DNA of 64,000 bases from an uncultured delta proteobacterium (GTDB lineage: Bacteria > Myxococcota_A > Polyangia > Polyangiales > Polyangiaceae): contig CAWJCS010000003.1 in the NCBI GenBank assembly GCA_963841435.1, positions 1,152,001-1,216,000 on the forward strand, given 5' to 3'. Made by a program: the position numbers and the translations under genes. Below the pieces are notes generated by a model that made no database searches, was not told where the DNA came from, and saw only the letters and a program-made list of their open reading frames with translations. Shown here one piece after another: positions 8,760 to 16,879 of the stretch. Position 1 is the first letter of the stretch. Each line of letters begins with the position of its first letter.

Positions 8760-10745
8760 TCACCACCACAGGGTTCCGAAGACGGCGAGCAGGTCCTCGT
8801 CGGGTTGGTCGGTTTGGTTCGAGACTTGGCCGCCCGAGTTCAGCGTCACGAGGTGAAAGTCCGAACGGTAGAGAAACCTCGAGTATTGGACGGTGAGCGC
8901 CTCACGCGCCGACCAGCCGCTCTTGAAAACGGCCTTGGCGGTGAGGACGGTGTACGAGTTGTCGTTCTGATTCGGGTAGAGGAGGCATTCACCCTTCGGA
9001 CCGACGTGATTCGAGCCGCACACCCGCTGGAGCTCGTCGGGTGGGAGATTCAACGCCTTCGGTGCGTGGGCGTACGGCACCGCGCGGTCGATGCGACCGG
9101 TCATCGCGAGCCACGAGAGGAACGAATAGGTGCCCTCGATGCCGAGCTTGTACTTGTCCTCACCGTCGCGCGCGGGATCGTCGGCGGTGATGTGCGCGTA
9201 CATGCCGTAGAGGGTGAGCTTGAGATCGGGACCTTCACCGAAGAACTCGTCCGGGTAGCGCAAGAGCTCTCCGAGGCTCACCGTGTATTCGGCGCCCGCG
9301 AGCAGGAGCCTGCCGCGCCCGTCGTCGTTGTTGCGCCCGAAGTAGCGGTCCATGAGGTCACGGCCACCGCCCGCGTTCAGGATCTGCACGACGCCGGAAA
9401 CGGTGCGAATGCGGTCGGCCGTCACGTGCGAAACGCCGAGGTACAGGTGACCGAAGCGCTTGAGCTTCATGCTCACGTCGGCCGCGAGGATCTGGAGCGA
9501 GCCGTCGGCGTGGTCTAGCTCCGGGTGCTCCTCGGTCGGCGTGGCCGGCGCATGGCCGGCGTAGCCGGCGCGCAGGTTGCCGAGCGCGACGTCGTCGCCC
9601 GTGTCGTCACGCGACGATGCCTGGATGTAGTGCAGCGCCGGACGGATCATCCCGGCGTACTCGGCGCCGAGGTGCAGGTGGTTGACGAAGGTCTGCCCCT
9701 CCCAGGGTTTCGCCCAGTTGTTCGTGGGGCCAACGGGCAGGTCGGCGGGCGGACGATCGAGGTTCGACTTGATGCCGTGCTCGACGTCGACGACCCAGTC
9801 CTTGCCGATCGGCAGTGAGGCGGAGAGCGTTTCTCCGACGCCGGGAATCGTCGCGATGAGCGGCGCGCCGTATTGGCCACTCGAGTACTCGGCCATCCAG
9901 CCGTAGCGATCCTCGTAAACACCGACCTTCCAGGTGAGCTTGACCGGGTCGAGCCCGCGAGGCTGATAGGTGAGAAACGCGTCGCGCACCCAGAGCTGCG
10001 CGTTCGGCATGAACGAGCCCGCCGACTCCATGGCCTCGGAGAGATCCCAGGCGCCGAGCGAGATGGTCGCCGTGACCATCGGCGTGACGTACGCGAAGCG
10101 AAGCTCCGCCCACGTGTACGGCACGACGTTGGTGTTCTCGAACACGTTGCCGCGCGGCACGAGCGGATCGCCGTGCCACACGGTCTTCTCCTGGCCTTCG
10201 CGGGCGCGCGAGCGCGAATTGAAGCCCGCGCGGCCGCCGCCCTGCAGGTAGCCGTGGAACTCGAGCTTCGAGCCCTCTTGCGGCCGATAAGGAGCGCCGA
10301 ACGCGGGCGCGATCGCCGCTGGCAGCACCGACTGCAACCCAGGGACATGGGGCGAGAGTCCGAGCCCCTGGCGTTCACGGTGGCCCGGCAGGTAGCCCGT
10401 CGGGGGCATCGGCGGCTCGCCGAGGCCTTCGTCGAGATCTTCCTCTTCTTCGGGGGCGGGCGTCGCGACTCGCGCGGCGGCCGCGGGTGGTGAAGACGGC
10501 GCGGCCGGCGCAGCGGCTCCGGGCGCGGTCGGTGCGGATGCGGCGGAACCGCCAGGCGCCACCCGAGCCGCGGGCGCATCCGACCCAGCAGCTCCTGCGG
10601 GTGCCGTCGGTGCCGCCGGCGCCGTCGGCACGATCGGCGCGGGAGGCGCGGGGGTCTGCGCGAGACCGCGCTCGGTCGCGAGCAGGAACGCGACGGCCGA
10701 CAACAGAGCGAGCGGGCTCGAGACCGCACGCCGAACCGGCGTCAT
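8760..10745 (-). CDS. Putative outer-membrane beta-barrel protein 1 with Pro/Ala-rich N-terminus
   Basis: Signal peptide (MTPVRR...GLA), P/A linker, alternating-hydrophobic strands, C-terminal LAVFGTLWW. ATGA overlap with the upstream gene. Confidence 0.65.
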   Translation of the reverse strand: MTPVRRAVSSPLALLSAVAFLLATERGLAQTPAPPAPIVPTAPAAPTAPAGAAGSDAPAARVAPGGSAASAPTAPGAAAPAAPSSPPAAAARVATPAPEEEEDLDEGLGEPPMPPTGYLPGHRERQGLGLSPHVPGLQSVLPAAIAPAFGAPYRPQEGSKLEFHGYLQGGGRAGFNSRSRAREGQEKTVWHGDPLVPRGNVFENTNVVPYTWAELRFAYVTPMVTATISLGAWDLSEAMESAGSFMPNAQLWVRDAFLTYQPRGLDPVKLTWKVGVYEDRYGWMAEYSSGQYGAPLIATIPGVGETLSASLPIGKDWVVDVEHGIKSNLDRPPADLPVGPTNNWAKPWEGQTFVNHLHLGAEYAGMIRPALHYIQASSRDDTGDDVALGNLRAGYAGHAPATPTEEHPELDHADGSLQILAADVSMKLKRFGHLYLGVSHVTADRIRTVSGVVQILNAGGGRDLMDRYFGRNNDDGRGRLLLAGAEYTVSLGELLRYPDEFFGEGPDLKLTLYGMYAHITADDPARDGEDKYKLGIEGTYSFLSWLAMTGRIDRAVPYAHAPKALNLPPDELQRVCGSNHVGPKGECLLYPNQNDNSYTVLTAKAVFKSGWSAREALTVQYSRFLYRSDFHLVTLNSGGQVSNQTDQPDEDLLAVFGTLWW

Positions 10746-11746
10746 CGCTTCCTCCGATAAAAGCCGATGTCGTCGAGCCAGAGATCCCAGGAGCCACGCC
10801 CGTACTCGACGGCGATGGAAAAGAGGTCGCTCGTATCGAGACCGGGCGAGGCCGCACCCCAGCCACCCTGCTGCAGCTCCGAAAACGGCACGCGGTAGAC
10901 GGTGAACGTGGGGTCGAGCGTGATGAACTTCGACCACTTGTCACAGCCGTCGGCGCTGTCGTTCTGATTCGTGTATGGGTTGCAGATGCAGCCTTTGTCG
11001 TCCGTCGCGCGATCGGCGGCGCGCACCTTCACGGACGCCTGGCTGCCCGGCCCGATGCGCGCCCAGAGCACGATGCCGTCCCACTCGCTCGCGTCGAAGC
11101 CGATGCACCCCTTCTGACCGCGCGTGGTTGCATCGCCAATCGAGCACGCGCCGACGTCGGGAACGCCGGGGTCGAGTGGGCAGTAGTACGGCGCCGTGGT
11201 TGGATCCTTGAGATCCGTGGGCTCGTTCGGGGGACAGCGCGTGAGCGTCTGGCCGAGCTGCCCGCCGTTGTTCGTGAGGTTGCCCGTCACGATGTGCATG
11301 GCGCCGTGCGCCTCGGGCTCCAAAACGGCGGGGCACTCGCCGCGGGGCGTCTGTGCCGAGGGCTCCCCAATGACGGGGGTCACGAGCTCGCAAACGCGAG
11401 CGGCGTCGGCCAACGGCGCCACACCCACGCAGCGCCCCCCGGGAATGACGCTCAAGTGCGGCGGCTCGTTGGTGTCGACGGGCGGATCCTGCTCGGCGGT
11501 ACGGTCGTTGTTCACGTACCAGGCCTGGCTGGTGACGTACGGCTCGAAGTCGTCGAGCAACATCACCTCGAAGCCGTCGAGCGCGTTGCAATCGACCGGG
11601 CCACCCCAGGTGTCAGGGTAGTCGGCGAGTGGCACGATGGGCCGGCACGCGTTCGCGGGGGCGGACCGCCTCGGCACGTCGCTATTGCCTCCGCACGCCG
11701 CCACGCAAAGCCCGAGCGCCGCGAGCAGAAAGAGACGCCGAATCAT
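10742..11746 (-). CDS. CBM11/CIA30-like carbohydrate-binding lipoprotein (B), Cys-rich
   Basis: Lipobox VAAC; DASEWDGIVLWAR, YRVPFSELQQGGWG, DLWLDDIGFY. Confidence 0.75.
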   Translation of the reverse strand: MIRRLFLLAALGLCVAACGGNSDVPRRSAPANACRPIVPLADYPDTWGGPVDCNALDGFEVMLLDDFEPYVTSQAWYVNNDRTAEQDPPVDTNEPPHLSVIPGGRCVGVAPLADAARVCELVTPVIGEPSAQTPRGECPAVLEPEAHGAMHIVTGNLTNNGGQLGQTLTRCPPNEPTDLKDPTTAPYYCPLDPGVPDVGACSIGDATTRGQKGCIGFDASEWDGIVLWARIGPGSQASVKVRAADRATDDKGCICNPYTNQNDSADGCDKWSKFITLDPTFTVYRVPFSELQQGGWGAASPGLDTSDLFSIAVEYGRGSWDLWLDDIGFYRRKR

Positions 11747-12469
11747 CGCTCGCCTCCTTCACAGACGAACGCGATGTCGTCGATCCAGATGTCGTAGTCC
11801 CGACCGGCGCCGTTGAACTCCCACTCGAGCTTGAGCACCTGGTCCGTCTGGAGGGACGGATAGGGCTCGCCCCAGCCGGCGCGCTGCTGCATCCACTCGA
11901 AGCGAATCGTGTACTTTCGCCACTCGGGCTCGAGCGCGAGCACGATGCCGAAGTCGTTGTAGCAATCCTTGCAGATGCCGCCCTCGGGGCCCGTGTGCAC
12001 GTCGGGGATCTCGAAGCGCACACGCCCCGGGCCCTTGGCCCAGAAGGTGACACCCGAATACTTCGATGCGTCGTAGGGACCGTGCGGCTCGGTGAACCAG
12101 AGCCCAATGCCCGCGTAGATGCTGTTGCCGGTCGACGCCATGTGACCGCTCATGTGCGCGGCGCCCTTCGAGCCGAGTCGTCCGGGCGAGCCCATCTTGA
12201 AGGGCCAACCTTGCGGCGAGATTGTCGAGCCTGACGGATCGACGAACGAGAACCAGTAGCCGCCACGGCCTTCGAGCGTGCGGCCGCGCGGATCGAGATC
12301 CTCGCCGTCCTCGATGATGGCGTTCTCGCCGCAGGGCGGGACGTTCGAGCTCCTTGGCCTGCGCCGTCGAGCCGTACTCCCAGGCGGGCGCCGTGATGCA
12401 GCCGGTCCCGACGAGCGCCGCACCGGCAAGCAAGAAAAGCTCGAGCGAACGCGGCATCGGCCTAGCCAT
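11743..12469 (-). CDS. CBM11-like carbohydrate-binding lipoprotein (A), frameshift ~12344
   Basis: The lipobox GTGC frame joins IIEDGED...GYWFSF...DASKYSGVTFWAKG...WRKYTIRF...DIWIDDIAF. Confidence 0.78.
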
Positions 12470-13856
12470 GGCCTCCCTGCACCCAGCCGTACGCGACGAG
12501 CAGCGCGGGCCGGCGAACGCTCACGAACGGCGATTTCTTACCGCTGCCGGGGCCTGCGTTGAGGCACGCCGGCGCTTCGTTGGCGAAGCGCCGCGCGTAC
12601 TCGCCGAGCAGCTTGCCCGTCGCGTCGTCCTTGTAAAACGCGTAGTGGTCGTAATCGGGATAGCGCGGCTTGTCCTCGTCGATGCCGGAGAGGATCCACG
12701 GCAAGAAGCCGTTGCCACCGCGCCGGAGCATGATCTCGTTCCAGCGGTGGTAAGCGCGCCGCCGCTCGGGCCAACCCTTGATGACCTCACCGAGATTGCC
12801 CTCGGAACGCTCGACCCTCGCGCCGTACTCTTCCAGCACGCTCGGCTTGCCGAGTCTACGCGCAACGCGCAGGTGGTCGTCGATCCACTTCTCGCCCCAT
12901 TCGAGCTTCGCGCCCCAGTCCTCGGGGTAGCTGTGGAACGTCTGGAAATCGACGCCCGCGAGCGCCGTCAGCGCCTCGTTGTCGACGCCGTCGTTCGCCT
13001 TGTAGGCCCAGTGGTCGCCACCGCCGTTCAGAAAGCCCTCGTCGCCGACGGAGACCATGTGATTCTGATCGAGCGACTTGATGTATTTCGACATCTCGTC
13101 GGCCCAGTCGGTGAGCGTGCTCGTCGTCCAGCCGGTGCCGCGGTCGAAAGAGTTGCCACCCTTCATGCGCGGCTCGTTGGCGAGCTCCCAGGAAAAAACG
13201 GCTGGATCGTCCTTGTAGAGCCGGCCGTTGATGGTGTTCCTGCGCGTGACGACGTGCGCGACCCAATCTTTGTAGGCCTGCTTCACCTCGGGCGCCGTGA
13301 AAAACTCGTCGTGTTTGTCGCGGCCGTACCACATCAGGTACTGGTCCACGCCGCCGAAGGCGCGCCAGTTGTTGATGAGGACGACGATGATCTTGAGGTT
13401 TAGCTCCGCGGCCTTCGCGAGCGCGTAGTCGAGGCGTTCGAGGCCGTCCGGGCCGTCGTTGTACGCAGGGGCCTTCTTCGCCGGGTCCCAGTACTGAAAA
13501 TAGACGCCCTGCTTGTCGCCGCCGTCGGGATCGGCATTGGGGACGCTGCCGTCGAGCGAGCCGCGGTCCATCATGCCCCAGATGCGCATGACGCGAAAAT
13601 CGAGCGCGACTGCCGCCTCGTACAGATCGTCGACGACGGGGCGCGGCTTGAAGATCGGATAGTAGTTGTTCGAGCCCGCGAAGCAGAAGGGCTCGCCGTC
13701 GACCTCGAAGTTCGCGGGCGGGTGCTCTTTCACGTCGAGCGCCGACGACGCGTAGCGGTCCGGCGTTTTGAGGCAACCCGTGAGCGCGAGGGCAAGCGCG
13801 CAGGCAGACAGACCCCGCCGCGCCAGGGTTGCTGCGAGAAAGTTGCCCAGGGTCAT
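12462..13856 (-). CDS. GH5 endo-beta-1,4-mannanase (GH5_7-like), lipoprotein
   Basis: FAGSNNYY, VMRIW, LINNW..FGG..QY, WELANEPR, GDEGF, FHSYP..W, LEEYG; lipobox LTGC. Confidence 0.9.
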   Translation of the reverse strand: MTLGNFLAATLARRGLSACALALALTGCLKTPDRYASSALDVKEHPPANFEVDGEPFCFAGSNNYYPIFKPRPVVDDLYEAAVALDFRVMRIWGMMDRGSLDGSVPNADPDGGDKQGVYFQYWDPAKKAPAYNDGPDGLERLDYALAKAAELNLKIIVVLINNWRAFGGVDQYLMWYGRDKHDEFFTAPEVKQAYKDWVAHVVTRRNTINGRLYKDDPAVFSWELANEPRMKGGNSFDRGTGWTTSTLTDWADEMSKYIKSLDQNHMVSVGDEGFLNGGGDHWAYKANDGVDNEALTALAGVDFQTFHSYPEDWGAKLEWGEKWIDDHLRVARRLGKPSVLEEYGARVERSEGNLGEVIKGWPERRRAYHRWNEIMLRRGGNGFLPWILSGIDEDKPRYPDYDHYAFYKDDATGKLLGEYARRFANEAPACLNAGPGSGKKSPFVSVRRPALLVAYGWVQGGHG

Positions 13857-13860
13857 CGAG

Positions 13861-13874
13861 CTGAAACGCTTTAG
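13861..13874. promoter_or_regulatory. Putative LacI-type operator CTGAAACGCTTTAG
   Basis: CG-centred imperfect palindrome immediately upstream of the mannanase ATG (13856). Near-identical copy at 2395-2408. Confidence 0.45.
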
Positions 13875-13906
13875 TACCGGACTTTCCGCGATTGAGTCAA
13901 GGGCCG

Positions 13907-15213
13907 CTACCAGCCCATCAGATCGGCGACGACGGGAATCAGCTGCGTGTGGCCATTCCACTCTTGGGTGCCGGCGATCTGGGCGTGCTCGTCGCCGCTC
14001 GGGTGGGAGCTGCAGCCGCGACCAATCGTGCGGTCGATGGGTTGGCTCTTCACCGAATCGATTCCCATCGAAGAGTAGTGCTCTTCGACGGCTGCGATGG
14101 ATTCATCCAGATCGTCGCGGAACGTGTACGTCTCGTCGGGATAGTTGTTGCCGAGCATGGGGCTGCCGAGCAGCAAGAACTTCGCGTCGGGGTAGTACGC
14201 GTCGCTCATCAGCTTGTCGATGAAGTCGATGTAGTTCGACACGTACTCGTCAACCGAAATCTTGGGATGGTTCGCGAGCACGTCGCCCGGCGAAAAGTCG
14301 TTCGTTCCGAGAACGATGAGCACGAGGTCCGGCACGAAGCCCTTGGGATCCCACGCCGGCGAATCCGGATCCTGCAAGAGCACGCTGTCGTACACCTCGG
14401 GCAGCGGGCGCAGATCGTCATCCGGGCTGCTCGAGTAGGTGTGCATGAGCCCGATGCCGGACACCGCGACCGCCTGGAAGTCGGCATCGAAGTGCTCGGC
14501 GACGAGCGAGCCGAACGCCTTGTACGCGTTGTGGTACGGCACGCCCCAGTTGTCCTCGGCGCACATGGTATCGAACGTGACGCCGTCGGGGCGGTCGTCC
14601 ACGGGGATGAGGTCGTCACCCACGCCGCAGCTGATGGAATCCCCGATGATCACGACCTTTCGGTCCGGCGCCGGGGGCGCTTCGAGCGCATCACCGGCGA
14701 ACCCGAAGCCGCGAAACGTCACGTTGCCGATGCTCGACTCCGTGCGCTTCACGAAGACTGCCGTGTGCTCACCGGCCGCGAGGCCCCACACGGCGGGGTA
14801 TTCCGTCTGACCCGGCTTCGGCGCGATCTTCGCGCGCCGCTCGCAATCGCTGCCCTGATCGACGATCACGTCGAAGTAGTTGCGGCGACCCCAGCGAAAT
14901 TCGTCTTCGAGCTTGACCGAAATCGCGGTGCCGTCGAAGCGCACCTTCGCGTAGGCCGCGGGAGCCGAGTAGAGCGGCCCCTTGGGGTCCGAAAATCCAT
15001 GCGCCCGCCGTACGAGATCGCGGGATCGTCCGCGTCGATCGAGCTCGTCATGTCGGGCGCCTTGTCGGGGCCGCCCCCGACCGTGCCGCAGAGGCTCTCC
15101 TTTGCCGGGGCCGCGGCGTCGTCGTCACCGCCCGAGCAAGCGCCCATGATCGGCGCGGCAGCCAGTACTGCAAGGATCGCCGCGCGGTCGAAATTCAGAC
15201 GAAGTGGCGCCAT
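13907..15213 (-). CDS. SGNH/GDSL esterase, CE2-like carbohydrate deacetylase, lipoprotein (frameshift ~14993)
   Basis: Lipobox MGAC; CE2 N-domain pattern (YGGR.D, F.GT.I, KRTE); IGDSISCG, AVSGIG, LGTNDF, GC.SHP. Confidence 0.82.
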
Positions 15214-15316
15214 CGGCGCCCACAAGAAACACGAGCCAGAGTCCGGTGCAACCCTCAACTTTTGAGACGCTGCGCCGCTTTTGGCAGGATTTAGAGGTGC
15301 GCGCCGCGGCGCGGCG

Positions 15317-16879
15317 TCAGGCTGGCGCGGTCCAAAGCCCCGAAATTGGCGAGGCTCCCGTCGTTACGAACGTGGGTGTCTCGTTCGCCTTGATCGCACC
15401 GAGCGGATCGCTGGTCTTGAGGAAGGCCTGGGCGACCGACAGCCACACGTCGTTGTGCGAGCGGTTGGAATTCTGGAAATTCTGGAATTGTCCGCCCTTC
15501 ATGCCGAGGGCTTTGCCGCCGAAGATGAGCGCGGGGATGTTCGAGCGGGGCAGGTGAGCCGCCTGGGCAACCTCGGTCACGTAAGGCACGACGGTGTGGT
15601 CGAGCAGGGTGTTGCCGTAAACGTCGGTTGCCGACTTGAAGCTGTTCAGGATGTCGGCGGTCTTGGCGTTGTACCAAGTGTTCACGTTCACCAAGAACTC
15701 GAAGATCGAGGCGTTGGTGCCGCTCGTGGGTGGGGAACCGTCGAAGAACGCCGGGTCCTGCACCTTGTGGCTCAAGGGGTGGTGCATGTAGATGGCGTTC
15801 GTATCGGCCGGGTACATGCCCTTGAACGAGACGTGGTTCGTGCCGGGCGACCACTGGAAGGTCGCGACGCGGATGAGGTCGCACTGGAAGGCGGCCATGA
15901 TGATGCCGGCGTGCACCTTGCCGACCTGCTCGTGGAGCGCGTCGTCCGCGGTGTTCGTCAGCGGGTTATCGTAGTCGAACTTCGAGCCCGTCTTGCCGAG
16001 CAGGTTCGGATCGGGCGCGGCCGGAGCCATGCAGCCCATGCTCGATGGCGTGGGGTTCGCGAGCTGGTCGGAGATCTGAAGCTCGATCTTGCGGATCGCT
16101 TCCGCGTGCAGATCGATCTTCGAGGCTTCGCTGCCGGGCGCGATGAGCTTGATGCTGGCGAGCTCGCCGAGCGCGTAGTCGAGCACGCTCTTTCTCGCGC
16201 GGAGCGCCCTCAAAATCGCGTCCTCGTTGCCCGTCGAGCCGCCCGGCATGAAGTTGCCGAACAGGTTCATGTAGAGCTGCACGGGGCTCAGCACCGGCAG
16301 GAGCGGCGTGGCCTCGCTGAGCTGGCCACCGGGGCGCGCGGAAGCGATCGAGCGCTTCGTGTACGAGTACGAAAGGCACTGCGTCGAGGTCTCGTACGAA
16401 TCGATGCGCGCATCGCAGATGGCGTTGGCGTAACCCGCACCGGAGCGCTGGAGATCGGGCACGTTCTTGAGCAGGATCTGATCCCACGAAGGGCCGCCCG
16501 CGCAGCCGTCGTCGTCCTCACCCTGGTTGTCGCGGGTGCCCGGGGAGTTCGCGCCGGTCGTCATGAAGGGCGTCCCGTCCTCGTGACCACCGCCCAGGCC
16601 CGTGAAGCCGTGCTTCAGGCCGTAGAGCACGATCATGTCCTCGCGCAGCCCCGCGTCCTCGAACGGCTGCAAGATGCGCGACGTCGTGTAGCTCGTGCCG
16701 CTGCCGCTCGGCACCCAGTGGTAGCGAAGGGTGCCCACGGGCCAGTGCGTCATCAGGAAGCGCGGCGGCGAGGTCATGCCCTGGGCCTGCGCCTCGAGGT
16801 TCTCGAGCATGAGCTTTAGCCCGATGGCGCCGCCGATGCTGCCGAGGAAGGCGCGTCGCGTGAAGCGATACGATCTCAT
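15317..16879 (-). CDS. DUF1552 (HXXSHH-type) protein with Tat signal
   Basis: MRSYRFTRRAFLG (twin-Arg), GPSWDQ, RKSVLD, AFQCDLIRVATF, HHPLSH, LLDHT. ATGA overlap with the DUF1592 gene. Confidence 0.85.
   Translation of the reverse strand: MRSYRFTRRAFLGSIGGAIGLKLMLENLEAQAQGMTSPPRFLMTHWPVGTLRYHWVPSGSGTSYTTSRILQPFEDAGLREDMIVLYGLKHGFTGLGGGHEDGTPFMTTGANSPGTRDNQGEDDDGCAGGPSWDQILLKNVPDLQRSGAGYANAICDARIDSYETSTQCLSYSYTKRSIASARPGGQLSEATPLLPVLSPVQLYMNLFGNFMPGGSTGNEDAILRALRARKSVLDYALGELASIKLIAPGSEASKIDLHAEAIRKIELQISDQLANPTPSSMGCMAPAAPDPNLLGKTGSKFDYDNPLTNTADDALHEQVGKVHAGIIMAAFQCDLIRVATFQWSPGTNHVSFKGMYPADTNAIYMHHPLSHKVQDPAFFDGSPPTSGTNASIFEFLVNVNTWYNAKTADILNSFKSATDVYGNTLLDHTVVPYVTEVAQAAHLPRSNIPALIFGGKALGMKGGQFQNFQNSNRSHNDVWLSVAQAFLKTSDPLGAIKANETPTFVTTGASPISGLWTAPA

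Noticed and set aside
6855-10745. Calling the barrels SusC/TonB-dependent receptors
   Set aside because: No recognisable TonB box, plug motif or TBDT C-terminal signature, and the domains (~500 aa) are short. Left as an unknown barrel family pending structure prediction.
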